DNA of 64,000 nt from Octopus sinensis (Eukaryota), in assembly GCF_006345805.1 (NCBI RefSeq), contig NC_042997.1, positions 9,610,001 to 9,674,000 of the forward strand. Reading direction: 5' to 3'. Under the pieces are notes generated by a model, which saw nothing but the letters and a program-made list of their open reading frames with translations, ran no database searches and was not told the DNA's origin. Position numbers and translations under genes: made by a program. Of this stretch, positions 14,348 through 27,842 are shown one piece after another. Numbering within the stretch: position 1 is the first letter of the stretch; each line of letters begins with the position of its first letter.

Positions 14348-14554
14348 CGTTTATCATTTTATGAGCATTAAATAGCTGTTTCTAGCAAAACTAAAAGATT
14401 TTATGTCTTAAAAATTTGATGTGATAGACAAAAATCTGATGCCAGAATTGGATTCAGCTCCCAAAAATTAGTGAAAAACTACTGATAAACCTTGTGCCAG
14501 AAAACATGTGTTGACCAGTGTAATATAAGTTTGCCTCCTTTTTTAAGTATCTAT

Positions 14555-16320
14555 AGTCTGCTTGATTGTTTAGTCAGTGTGTGCTTTCAGCTACCTCATT
14601 TATACATACAAGCCCTGTACAGGGATACTGTCAGTGAGGTGAGGATTGGCAAGGAGTATAGGGAAGAATTCCAAGTAGAAGTAAGGATTCACCAAAGATC
14701 AGTCCTTAGCCCCCTCTTATTCATTATAGTCCTCCAGGCAATAACAGGAATTTAAGACAGACTACCCCTGGGAGCTCCTCTGTGCTGACGACCTTGCTCT
14801 TATAGTCGAGTAACTGCCAGAAGTAGAGACGAAGTTTAGGGTGTAGGAGCAAGGTCTAGAATTGAAGGACCTTAGGGTTAACCTAACAAAAGCCAAAATC
14901 TTAGTAACTAGGAAGGCTGTGAAATCACAAACCCCTTTAGGTAGATGGCCCTACTCGATCTGTAGAATCGACATGGATAGAAACTCCATGCGATGTACCA
15001 AGTATAAGCTGGGGACACATAAAAGGTGTAGCAATATCAAAGGAAGGTTAACCAGGAAGATAGTTTTTGTGTGTGGTAGCTGCACAGGGGCAATAAACAC
15101 TGAAGATGTACAGAAAACAGATTCCATCCCATGCCAGGAGGAGAAATTAGAAGTAGTTAATAGCTTCTGCTACCTAGGCAACCAAGTCTGTAGTGGGGGT
15201 GGTTACTCTGAGAGTGTAGCGGCTAGAATAAGAATAGCTTGGACAAATTTCAGGGGGTTCAGGGAGCTCTGCTGGCAACTAAGGGCCTCTCACTCAGGGT
15301 GATAGGTAGACTGTATGGTGCATGTGTGTGAACTGCCATGCTACACAGCTGTGAAACATGGGCCATGAATGCTGAGGACATGAATAAGCTTGAAAGAAAT
15401 GAAGCTAGTATGATCTGCTGGATGTGTAATGTCAATGTTCATACACGACAGAGTGTAAGCACCTTGAGAGAAAAGTTGGGCATAAGAAGCATCAAATGTG
15501 GTATGCAAGAGAGACGACTACACTGGTATGGTCACGTGTTATGTATGGATAAGAACAGCTGTGTGAAGAAGTGCCACTCCCTGTGGAAGGAACCTGTGGA
15601 AGAGGTAGATCCAGAAAGACATGGGATGAGGTGGTGATGCATGACTTTCAAACATTGGGCCTCACAGAGGTAATGACAAAAGCCAGGACGTTTGGAGATA
15701 TGCAGTGATTGAGAAGATCTGGCAACTAAAGTGAGATTGCAACCATACATATCCAGCCCAGTTAAGAGTACCCCTGATGCATTGGGCAATATGATAAACT
15801 TGAGAAGACCTGTTGAGTCAAGTGAAACAAATATTATAATTGTGGCCAGTGTCCCCAACTGGTTCCCATGCCAGTGGCACATAAAAAGCACTATCCGAAT
15901 GTGATCAATGCCAAGATCACCTGACTGACCCCCATGCTAGTGGCAAATAAAAAGCAGCATCCGAATGTGGTCAATGCCAGTACCCACTGAGTGGCCCCCT
16001 CTTGCCAGTGGCATGTAAGACGTGATTGATGTCAGGCCCGCCTGACTGGCTCCTGTGCCAGTGGCATGTAAAATGCACAATCCAAATGTGATCGGTGCCA
16101 GGCCCGCCTGACTGGGTCCTGTGCTGGTGCTATGTAAAAAGCACCAACTACATTCTTGGAGTGGTTGGCATTAGGAAGGGCATAGAGCTGTAGAAACATT
16201 GCCAGATCAGATTGGAGCCTGGTGCAGCCACTGGCTCTCCAGACCTCAGTCAAACCGTCCAACCCATGCCAGCATTGAAAACGGACATTAAACGATGATA
16301 TGATGATGATGGCGACGATG
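14555..16320 (+). mobile_element. RTE-clade non-LTR retrotransposon, 5'-truncated (RT C-half + 3'UTR)
   Basis: HQRSVLSPLLFIIVLQ, PWELLCADDL, EVVNSFCYLG, MLHSCETW and RRLHWYGHV motifs; tandem 3'UTR units; (GAT)n tail. Confidence 0.9.
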
Positions 16321-17549
16321 AAGATAACATTTTATTAGATTGAATTTGATTTCAGAATTTAAACTTTTATTAAAACTTCTTTGAAATCTAGATACGTAAT
16401 TAAAATCAATCTAACATGTAAAGTAGAGTGATGGTGGATAGTATGTATATGTATATTTCTGTAGAAATGCTTTGAGTATATATCTGATGAGAGACAACTA
16501 TAAGAGAAGTAGTTTACTAAGAATAAACTAACTTAGCTTGCTTTATAAATTAAGAGTTCTTTGAAAGTACCAGATGCTCTACAATTTTAAGTGCAATTAA
16601 GTTACTAGTTGCAAATGAATGACAGTAAGAACTATTTATGACATATCCCTTCCACAACGACCACCACTAACCACCATTGTCGTTGTTGTTGCTGTTATCA
16701 TTGCCATTATCGCCATCATCTTCATTATCATTTTATGTCTGCTTTCAGTGCGGGTATGGATTGAAGTAGTCATTATTGTTCTTCTAGATAGGTTGGAGAA
16801 CTGCATCTAGTGTATGAGTTTCTTTAGTTTTTTTGGGTTTTTTCCTTTCTTGTTAGTGTGGCTTGGATACTATGACTGGATGTTTTCTTCACTCTGATCA
16901 CATTTCCAAATGTACTGATCATATTTTACCATGGTATCAACACTAGAAAGGTTGTCTTGTCTTCAACACAGCTAAAGGGACTGCTGTTGACACAACACTT
17001 AACAAAGCGTGCCAGATACATTTTATCATGGTATCAGCATGAGAATGGATTGCCATGTTCTTCACAAGACTAAAACATACCTTCAACTATCCAGTTCTCT
17101 CAACTCATCAACCACTTTACATTGTCCTGGTTGGTATTACAGTGCAACCAAAACAAGTAAAGTTGTTTTGTACCCCCAAAAGATTTAAGAATACTTATCT
17201 ATATAAGATTCAATAATAATCTCAGTGGAAAATTTACCATCTAGACTAGACTCCTCACCACAAAGTTCTTTTCTTTTTCTCGTCTCTCTCAATTTTCCAT
17301 TGTAGATCTTGAAAGGAGTCCAGAACTATATACCGATGGAGATTTCTATTTTCTTTTAACTTTGCTTCTAAGAGTAGAAGCAGTCTAAGAATTACAAAAA
17401 GAAAGTTGATATTTAGAAGAATGTGATTGTATCAACAAATGCAAAAGTGAACATGATCAATATATACAGTATTAGCAAGTAACAAAGCCCATAACATCAA
17501 GTATAAGAATTAAGCTAGAAGAGTGTGCAGGGGAGGAGAGTAAAATGAA

Positions 17550-17700
17550 ATTCAATATTGTGTTCAGTGAGTAGACAAAACATAAAGCAAAATCTCCATA
17601 AAACTGACTGGAGCCAGATTTTTAAGTGCACCATTTTCACAGGTGAAGCTAGTAAAATGATCAGTTTTGATGTGATGTCTATTCATTGCTTGGATGACTC
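17550..17700 (+). mobile_element. Possible Tc1-type transposase fragment
   Basis: HKTDWSQIFKCTIFTGE resembles the Tc1 DWSxVIFSDE motif. Confidence 0.35.
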
Positions 17701-18914
17701 ACCAGCAGTTGCAGATAAGTTTTATAATTTGTATGATATAATGAGTATTGACTGTGATATAAATTTTACCATAAAAACTATGTAGCTACATCCATAAAAG
17801 CTTTTGTTAAACACAGCAAAATAAAAAAATGTTTAGAGAATTGCTTTTGGTTAATTACTACTTGGAAAAATATCTCTGTTGAACCTAAGTATTTATGTTT
17901 TTACTAATTCTGTATTAACATGTTTTATTTTCTGTACAAAAGCTAACTCTGTTTGGTTAGTGTCAGAAATTTACTGCATTACAGGGTTGGAATGTGGGGC
18001 AGTGAGTCTACTGTTGCTGAAGAGAAAAGAGTTCAATATAAGATAGAGGTAGTGGTTGTTCTTACAATGATTAATTTGAATCGTTGCATTAAGAGTTCAA
18101 ATTTAATAAAGATTTAATTGATCTTTTTCCTTTCTGGGATTGTAGACTATAATATCAGGCATGTACTGATGTCAATTCAGTAAACTATTTCTCACTTATG
18201 CAATGTTGTATTATATAATGGCCTTGTGCTAAGCCTGAAGATAGTTGGACTTCAGGCTAGATACATAACTTATTACTCGTTATCTTTAGATTCTGATGAA
18301 TTCAAATTTTAGCAAAATTAATAACATATGAATTATTTCACATAGGATTAATTCAATTAATGTTTCTACTTGTTTGTTTAATTTTGTGCCTATTTGAAAA
18401 ATACCAATATCGAATATCATTATTTAGGGAAGAGATGCAGAAATGAAACAGGTTAAATGGTAATTGGTTTGGTGATTTAAGGTTATCATTGCAGTATAAC
18501 TCTGCTCCCACCTTAAGGTAGATAACATACACAAACAAACAAAACATTCTAAGGTTAGATTCCTTGAAAAAGCAGTTGTGTAAAGAAATTTATATAATTA
18601 TTACAACTCATGTAACTATCATCTCCCCCATCTCAACTTTTACAAAATTATAATTTTGTGATATTTCCTAAATTATAATCATGCATAATTTGTATTTCTT
18701 TTTAAAGATAACTTAAAGCTATATTGAATTATTAATTCTCTTAAATACACTTTAAATAATGTAATTTTTAATTTGTTTTTGTTTCAGACCTGATTTAAGT
18801 TGAATCCTCAGAGAAAATCTAAAGAGAATTTTCATTTTAATTAGTCTCATTCAAGTTAGGATACAAGTACTGCTAAAATAATTTTGCATTTTATGATGCT
18901 TTCACTTGCTTCAC

Positions 18915-19270
18915 TTGTTATGTTGTGGCCATGCTGAGGCACTACAAGGAAACTTTTATTCAATCACCTCGAAAGAGCTGTTCTTCACTCCTGCTCCGGA
19001 GCGTCGGCTGCGGGGTCATTCCGAAAAGCTCTACCTGCAACGATTTCATCTCAATCGAAGGAGAGGAGCTTTCTCCGTCCGGGTTGCGGATCCGTGGAAC
19101 AAGCTGCCAGACGAGATGGTGAAGATGCCGACGACCGCTTTGTTCAAGCCTCCCTGGACCTCAAGTGGCCTGAACTCTTTACATGAACACCACCCTGTAC
19201 TTAACTCCATGTCCCCCTACATGGCCTTGCTATTTGCTTTTGAGCCAAATTAACTAACTAACTAACTAAC
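18915..19270 (+). mobile_element. CR1-type LINE 3' terminus
   Basis: RLRGHSEKLY...RRRGAFSVRVADPWNKLP is the typical CR1 ORF2 C-terminus, followed by a (TAAC)n tail. Confidence 0.8.
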
Positions 19271-20521
19271 ATAGACCCAGTATTTGTTTCGAACAAAAAC
19301 GAGGAAAATCAATGTTGACTTTGATGGGATTTAAACTCAGGATGCAAGAGAGACAGAAGGAATAGTGCAAGGCATTATATCAAACATTCTATCTATCTAA
19401 TAATCCTTCCAATTCACTGCCATAATTGTTTACATCTTTCACAAATTTGAGGCCTCGTGGTTATGTTAAAAGACTTAATAAATTAACATAAATAATTACA
19501 TATAAACATGTTACAGATTCTTGGTTCTTCTAAAATGCAAGGCAATAAAATGCTGAAGCCTGTTAGGTTTTTCAATACCAGAAAAGGTAATGTTTTTTTC
19601 TAGTAATGTTTAGTTAGTTGAAGAATTCTCAGTATAGCAACAATATTTATTTTACTGATTTCAGAGGAAATTCAACTATAAAACAGTATGCTCCACTTTT
19701 CTCTGATTTGAACTCAGAAATATGAAGTATAAAACTAAATCAAATAAAGCACTTTATCTGTTACTTCACAACATCAGAAAGCTCATTGATATTTCTAAAT
19801 ATCAGGTTGGAATGGTATTGATATTTTAATAGCATTACAGTATATGTGCAGGCCTGGCTATGTTGTTAAAAAGTTTGCTTTCCAGCCGTGTGAACTCAGG
19901 TTCAGTCCCACTCTGCAGCACCTTGGACAAATATCTTCTTCACAAGCAACTAAAGCCTTGAGAGCAACTTTGGTAGATGGAAACTGAAAGAAGTCCAGCT
20001 TATACACACACATATATGTGTATGTATCTTTCTCTAGACATCATGGGATGGCTGTAAATAGTCATCACCATCATACAAGTGATGTTGCTCATTTCCAATC
20101 ATCCATAGAAGGATTTTAAATGCCTGCGGATATTATTATGCCACTAAACATTTTGCCCTGCATCGTAACGATTCTGCTAACTTGCTGCCTTTCTGCAGTC
20201 AAATATATTAATGGAGTGGCTATACATCTGACTGATCTATTGAGGGAGACTATGTGAAATTACCCTCTTATCACACCCATGACATAGTGAATGACATAAT
20301 CATAGACACACTATTATCATCACTGTATAAAGTTTACCATTTCTTTGTTGAGGTAGATTTTTTGCAGCCAGATACTTTTCCAGTCACCAACCATCTCCAA
20401 GCAAAATATTATTTCCCCACAGAAAGATATGTTTTTCATGGACGACTAGAAAGAAACGACATTGTTGTATGCAGATGGTGCTTGTTTACAACCATCACAT
20501 GATGTCAAGACAAAAGGTACT

Positions 20522-20552
<31 letters not shown>

Positions 20553-21497
20553 ACATACCTGTATACATATGAAATTATTACTATGATATAAATATTTTGT
20601 GTGAGAACTGGTAAGTGTATAAATGTGTCTGAGCATATTCATGTGAGATATATAGGTGTGTATAAACATATAATTATCAATGGTTCTGGAAAGACATTTC
20701 TATCCATTTGAATCAGCCATGCATGAAATTCAAACAGTCTAGGCCACTTTGCTGTGCACCTAAGTGCCCCTGCTAAAGCAAACACATTGTCTTTAAAAAC
20801 ACCTGGCTTTCTTTCTCAATATTTAAATCCCTATATACTTGTCTTCATTTTCTCTACACTTTTCATTCTGTTTGTTCATGTGTTCATTATTTATCTTATT
20901 CTCTATTTTGAAATAATATGATTTATTCATTTAAATGCTGCAGGATGGTCAATCAAATCATTGAAAAGCAATTCTTTATAATAAACTTACCCTTTCTTAT
21001 TTTATCTCTTATTTTTTAAAGTTTTAATGTATTTACTTCACTATATTTTACTGTGTTCTTTTCTGAATTCGTATTTATCTTCTGTTATTGCTTTATTAAT
21101 GCACTCAATATATGGTAATTCTGATATTTATAAAGAGTAAAATCTGCTGAATATATTTATTGTCTGTGGCAACATAATGAAACTATTTGTTGTTTATAGC
21201 ATAGTCTGATGTTTTGAATCTGCTATGAAATCCTCTTGAAGTGTAGTCTGCTCATTATGTTACAGCACAATTATATTTATGAGTATATCTATACAAAACA
21301 CACTCACAGACATATATATTCAAATGTATATTCATTTATATAGGTATGACGGACGATATAGTGTCACATACATGACTAACATATTACAAAACACCTGTCA
21401 ACTAATAAAATAAATATCTACACTCTCACTTCACTTTTCTTAACTAGGCAATATATATATATATGACCCATGCTAGCATGGAAAACAGACGCTAAAC

Positions 21498-21533
<36 letters not shown>

Positions 21534-21659
21534 ATATATGTATATATATATATATAAGAGATAATGGTGTCATTGAGACCCAAAGGTGCCAGGTGATGCT
21601 GAATAAGTGGTAATATTGTGAATAAAGGGTTCAACGTTGGTTCTATGTCAGTGTGTGTG

Positions 21660-21756
21660 TATAAAATTTTTTTGCATAATAAGATAAAAAAACCAAGGCT
21701 GCTCTAATATCTATTCAGCCTTGGTTTTTTATCTTATTACACAAAAAAATTCTTAT
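21660..21756. repeat. Near-perfect ~40-bp-arm hairpin
   Basis: ...taataagataaaaaaaccaaggctg-14 nt-cagccttggttttttatcttatta... Confidence 0.85.
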
Positions 21757-22819
21757 ATATATATACACACACATACACACATGCACACACACGCTCACAC
21801 ATGCTGGGTTTCTTTTCAGCTTTTGTCTGTCAAGTCTACCCATGAGGCTTTGGACAGCTCAGGGCTATAGAGGAAGACACTTCCCCAAGATGCTGTACAG
21901 TAGGACTGAACTTGAGATCATCTGATTGGAAAAGCAATCTTCTTAACCACATAGCCACACCTACACCTACACCAACAGCTTTTAAAAAATATAAAATATG
22001 ATATAAGCAAGACTGTTATGCTTTTGATGAAAGTTTGCTTCATCAGGACCAACCTTGGGCTAAACACCAAATGATTCGATAGATTAATTTATTGATGAGA
22101 ATGTGTAGCCATTTTCTTTGTCATTCTTTGTTCTTTCTTTTTTCTTTTCATTTTTGTATTTCATTTACCTTATGTGCTCTACTGGAAATTAATTTTTCAT
22201 ATGTTTGGAAGTAGAAGATTATTTTGCCTTAATATATTTCCCAATTAAGCAATGAAATGATTTTTACTTGTATTTGAAATTATTTTAGCCTATTATTTTA
22301 GTAATTGATTAAATTTCTCTTTTGCTAACAAGGCATTTTGTCACTGGTGTTCTGCATAAATGCAAATAATTTGATACAATAAATATGCACCTGCTCCCAG
22401 TAAATCTGATAGCACCATTCATTCAAATAACTGCTCATATATTCTATATCACTTCGTCTATTGCCTTGATAACTAATTGTATTTATATTATCACTTTTTC
22501 ATTATGATATCACCACCACAACTACTACTATTATCATCACCAGCCTTTTAATTTATGTTGTTGTTGTTGTTGTCTTTTTCGTTTAGTCATAAGTCAATAC
22601 TGATCAAACTGATTTATGATCAATGGTTTCTGTTGACAACATCTTGTCTATTTTTCAGAGTGTATCTAGGACTACAACATCAAATATGTCCTTCCCTTTG
22701 TTTTAAGCTAATAGGGTGTGATTCCAATAAATTTGGTTGCTGTTTCTATCAAAATAGACAACTGTTACAAAGGAGAGTATAAAGTCAATCATCAGCAGCA
22801 AATAGAAGAAATATTCTTA

Positions 22820-23040
22820 TTTCTTTATTGCTCACAAGGGGCTAAACATAGATGGGACAAACAAGGACAGACAAAGGAATTAAGTCGATTACATCGACCC
22901 CAGTGTATAACTGGTACTTAATTTATCGACCCTGAAAGAATGAAAGGCAAAGTCGACCTCGGCTGAATTTGAACTCAGAATGTAAAGTCAGACGAAATAA
23001 CGCTAAGAATTTCGCACGGTGTGCTAACGATTCTGCTAAA
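22820..23040 (-). mobile_element. tRNA-derived SINE, family C
   Basis: Reverse complement of the family core gagttcaaattc.gccgaggtcgactttgcctttcat.ctttc.gggtcgataaattaagtaccag. Confidence 0.85.
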
Positions 23041-23313
23041 TTGAATTTTAAATGAGGCTATTCCCAATCGAAATACTGTTCTCTAGTTCTACGAAAGAAA
23101 ACAAATAATGGATCAATAATTAATTCTATTAAGAAATAATGTTCATTGGTCACATGACTGATTTAAAGCTTGCTTTTTTTGTGTGTGTGCTTTTTATTGT
23201 GAGGTGGATGATTTAAATTAGTGAGGGAATGCATGGTGTCAGTTGGTGATATGAACAGGAGGTGTGAAGTTGGGTAATGAAGAACTATAATAATATAAAT
23301 ATTATATAAATAT

Positions 23314-23714
23314 AGGCATAGGAGTGGCTGTGTGGTAAGTAGCTTGTTTACCAACCACATGGTTCCAGGTTCAGTCCCACTGCGTGGCACCTTGGGCAAG
23401 TGTCTTCTACTATAGCCTTGGGCCAACCAATGCCTTGTGAGTGGATTTGGTAGACGGAAACTGAAAGAAGCCCGTCGTATGTATATATATATGCGTGTGT
23501 GTGTTTGTGTGTCTGTGTTTGTCCCCCTAGCATTGCTTGACAACCGATGCTGGTATGTTTAAGTCCCCGTTACTTAGCGGTTCGGCAAAAGAGACCGATA
23601 GAATAAGTACTGGGCTTACAAAAGAATAAGTCCTGGGGTCGAGTTGCTCGATTAAAGGCGGTGCTCTAGCATGGCCGCAGTCAAATGACTGAAACAAGTA
23701 AAAGAGTAAAGAGT
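23314..23714 (+). mobile_element. tRNA-derived SINE, family A (head + internal microsatellite + tail)
   Basis: ggagtggctgtgtggtaagtagcttg...gggttcagtccc head, ccttgggcaagtg core, (TA)(TG) linker, gaaacaagtaaaagagtaaa tail. Confidence 0.9.
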
Positions 23715-26700
23715 AAGTGTATATATACATACATATATGTACATACCTACATCTGTATATATATATATATATATGGGTACAGGTCATCAAAAAAACGTTG
23801 TGAACCTGGGTGATGAAGAACTACATTATACAAGGCATCCAGTCATGTACAACTACTTCTTCCTTTCTGGGCAAGTTGACTTGCTGGGCCAGTCTTCAGT
23901 TTCCCAGCTACTGACTTGGCTGTTGCAGCTGTGTTGGTGTTAGGAGACTACATTTTGCAACACAATTAGGTAAAGGCTTCCTTGTTGCCACATTTTTCTA
24001 TTAGTTTAGATTAGATCTACTTGAACCACAATGTGTCTCCATTTATCTGTTTCTGTTTTATCTGCAAAACTCCAATTTTTGGCTTGGACTTTCCAACTTA
24101 TTTATATATCATAGTTTGAGTTATCTACAATAAATAAATAAATAACATGCGAAACAAATAAATATCACTGATAAAATGATTTTTCATTAGTAATTGTTAA
24201 CAATCTAAAATACTTTTTGATATTGAATGCATATTTTGACTTAATATTTATGAAACAAAACATATTTCATTATTCAGTTCTCTAAAATTTAATATGAGTC
24301 TGTAAATGTGTTTATTTATTAATGTAGTGTTGATGAATACTTTGTTACAAGTTTTCAAAGTGTTGCTTTTTTGATTCAATACCTGCATATTTTCAAGTTT
24401 GATTTAGTTTACAGAAATACAGAAGAATACATCAGCAAGTAATATTTATTTATTTATTGCAAATGCAATTTATAATTCTATCTGAGAAGTGCTAAAATCT
24501 ACATTTTTTTTTCTTTACCATTAATGCCAGAAAAGACAATACCATATTTTAAATTATAGTCCGATCACTTGATTCATTTGTCACTTTGCACAAATATCTT
24601 TCCGAGAAGAAATGCTTTTGCACCATATATTTCTAGACATGTCTAATACATGTATAAACTGTTCAGATGTGATATAATGTTTTTAATTTCTTTCTGATAT
24701 CAACAAGAAATAAATAAAGAATTATTTATGAGTTGTCACAAGTATTCTAGAATTTTTGACAGTTGTTATAGTTTATTAAGACGTGTGAATCTCTCCTCTG
24801 ACTGCCATTCTCAATTAATTTAATGCTATTCATATAAGTAACCTGAAAGAAAATATGAAATAGAAGGCTGAGAAGTTATGGGAATATCTCATATTCATAA
24901 ATATTCTCTTCTAGATAATCATTGTCACACTTCTCCATTCCTCGTGTTGTGTATTGCAAAGGAAACAGATGAATTATATGTAGGAAAGGTTTACTAAGCA
25001 TTGTGTGCCAATCAATCCTTATGGAAACTAAAGCCAATATCCACAAACTAATAAACAAAAAAGTACAAACTTAATATATTGATTATTTACTAAATTTTGT
25101 CGAGTATATCTCAAAGTATAAATGATTTTTGTTGAGTTTTTCAAAGGTTAAAGAATTGACATCTGAGCCATACCCAGTATTTCTGTTTTGTTGCTGTTAT
25201 TGTAAAGTTTTCAATTAGCTTTTTATCAAGCAGCAATATGGTTTGCAAGAATCAGACCATATGGGATCTAAAAATTTATATCTCTGCTTAACTGAGGATC
25301 ATACTGTGCATTATGATAGGCAGTAGTTAATTGTGCAAAGGGCAGTGTGACAATGTCAACATGTACTCTTTCCACACTCCAATATTTTTGAACTTGCTTT
25401 ATTTTTCACTAAATGTTAAGAGCAAGGTTGAATATGGTGGGTTCTTAATTCAAGCTATAAAAGAAATAATGCTAAATACATTCAGCACTTTAATGTGTTT
25501 GCTTTTCAATCTTCTTTGCAATGTAGTGCACTAGAGATCAAGTAAAAAGTTATTGGTATATTTCTCATGGAAATTTATAAGTTCAAATTAAAAAAAAAAA
25601 GGAAAACTGAAAACTGTAGTTTCTCTTCTTTTATTAATCAAACTTGAATATAACAAAATTATTGATAACATAGTTTTCAAGATGCTCATTTATTACTATA
25701 GATTTTCTAAAGCCTTTAATTATGTTTAGAAAAATCCATGTTGCATAAGTGTGTCATAGAAATGTGTTTGAGAACCACTGCTTTAATTGACTATATCTTA
25801 CTTTGAATGAAGCAAAACAAAACTTTCATAGGAACTCTGAAGTGGATTAAAAGAGCTGGTGATAGGGGAATCTTGCTGTTCTTAATTCCATCATTATAAA
25901 CTTAATTAAATATTGCCTCAATAAACTAGTGACTAATAAATTTGAAAAAATATGGTTGATTAAATAGACCTCTATATATTATTGGTACTTGTTATCTCCT
26001 CTCTCCAAAGATCAAACTGCAAGAAATAGCAGACAATTCCCCCTCAAATAACATTTTATGATCTTAAAAATACAGAATGCATTGGATAATGTGGATACAG
26101 ATGAAATCTGAATATAAGTGTAAGCTAGAAAACTTATGATCAAAAGTCTCCTTGATCTGGACTAATTTGGGACTAAAAAACATAAACAAGATCCCTCGAC
26201 AAATTTTCTAAAAATAATTGTTACCCAAAAAACAAGGAAGATGGTAATAGCTCTTTTTGTTTTAATAGAAACATTAAAAGAGGTGATTAGAAAGTGCCAT
26301 AACTTAGTATGTCATTGTTGTTCACTAAAGAGTTTCGACTAGAAGTAATTAACCTAGCAAATTTGATCAATCTTCAAGTTTGCATAATAGGTTGATAAAA
26401 AAAATTCTTACATGAAGACAGCATAGAAAAATGTCTTTAAAACAGTTTGTTGTTATTGTCACATCTTCATTATCTTCATTATACTCATCATCAGTCTCCC
26501 TTTCATTGCTATATTGTTCCAGCACCTTTTCTTTATAACTATTATGATATTTATTCATCACCATCATCATTTAGGGACTGTTTTCCATACTGGCATGGGT
26601 TAGAGGGTTTGACTGGAACTGGTAAGCCAGAGAGCTGCACCAGGTTCCAGTTTGATTTTGGCTTGGTTTCTATGGCTGAATGCCTTTCCTAACACCAATC

Positions 26701-26943
26701 ACTCCACTATTATTATTATTATTATCATCTCTTTATCACAGGTTTTGTTGGAGCTCCTAGAATCTTGTATGTGTAGCAGGATAACAGCTTGCAGCCTATG
26801 GTACCATGCTATTTGCTCTTTTCATCTATCTAATACTTTCCTGATTATTCTGGTTATGCCAAGGAGGCAAACCTTTTGTAACAGTTCTACTGGGCACTCT
26901 AATTCTCAATTCTCAGGTTTCCATATTTATCTATTATTATTAT

Positions 26944-27505
26944 TGAGTGAGAGTGCAGTGCATGCCATCAAAGTGACACTAGGGTAAAATGTATGAAGCC
27001 CAGTATAACCATCATGATTACCTGTCTGATAAGAGTAAACCAGGCACATGCATCACAACCATATAAGCCCAACATGGTGATCTCATATCAAGATAAACAG
27101 TGCACGACCTTGCAGGTGGGGTCCAGTTAGAATTTTCTTCAGGTCAAGTAGCCCATACCACTCGAAAGGTCCCTGAATAAGAGTTGTTTAAGGATGATAA
27201 ACAAAACATCCATGTTTCCAAAGGTGAATTATCCAAACCCCAAAGAATCCCTCTCAGCACATGGTTATGCTACTCCCCAACTACTTCTGCTCATGATCAG
27301 AGATGCACATATTGTCAACCACGAAGGGACATGCTCAACTGGAGAAGGTCAAACAACAGACAAACAAATCTGTGGTATTGAGCAGAATAGTTGTTGTAGC
27401 CCATCTTTTATACCAAGACAAAATAATGTACATGATAACCCTTCCAATAAGTTAAGATCTGAAGCCATGAGAGCCACTGCCTGGTATGGCATCAGGGTTT
27501 TATTA
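26944..27505 (-). mobile_element. ~560-bp non-coding repeat flanked by (ATT)n, copy 1
   Basis: Colinear with 27843-28393; abuts an (ATT)n tract. Orientation is inferred from the (AAT)n tail. Confidence 0.75.
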
Positions 27506-27556
27506 TCATTCAGCAGCAGCAGCAGGAGCAGGAGCAGCAGCAGCAGTAGCAGCAGC

Positions 27557-27602
<46 letters not shown>

Positions 27603-27842
27603 AGATGGCAAGCTAGTAGAATCATTAGCACATTAGGTAAAATACTTAGCAGCATTTTGTCCATCTTTATGGTCTGAGTTCAAATTCCACTACGGCTGAC
27701 TTTGCCATTCTTCCTTTTGTGGTCAATAAAATAAGTATCAGTTATGCACTGGGGTCAATGTAATCGACTTACCCCTTCTCCTAAAATTCAGTCCTTGTGC
27801 CTATAGTAGAAAAGATTATTATCATTATTATTATTATTATTA

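Larger units (their letters stand above)
11636..14520 (+). mobile_element. Chapaev3-type (CMC/EnSpm-Chapaev) DNA transposon, decayed but with both ends
   Basis: TIRs (t)actggtcaacaaaatg / catgtgttgaccagtg with ~130-bp imperfect subterminal inversion; TAA on both flanks (11633-35, 14521-23). Transposase motifs PDIFCYICG, LKFGVPMVWREP..H..NCYFC, PPLLMKLG.MKQF, MSIKLHYLHSHL are spread across frameshifts. Confidence 0.82.

Noticed and set aside
15850-16145. Regularly spaced repeats as a CRISPR-like array
   Set aside because: These are degenerate tandem units in a LINE 3'UTR, without unique spacers, in a eukaryotic context.
18232-18260. Hairpin agcctgaag/cttcaggct containing CUGAAGA
   Set aside because: No GAAAC or NUH follows; a 9-bp stem is expected by chance.
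20679-20696. NGSGKT Walker-A-like peptide
   Set aside because: Lacks the leading Gly and is closed by a stop five codons later, with no surrounding NTPase fold.
22395-22475. SYLNEWCY peptide on the minus strand resembling Merlin/IS1595 transposase C-termini
   Set aside because: Too short, with no other motifs or TIRs.
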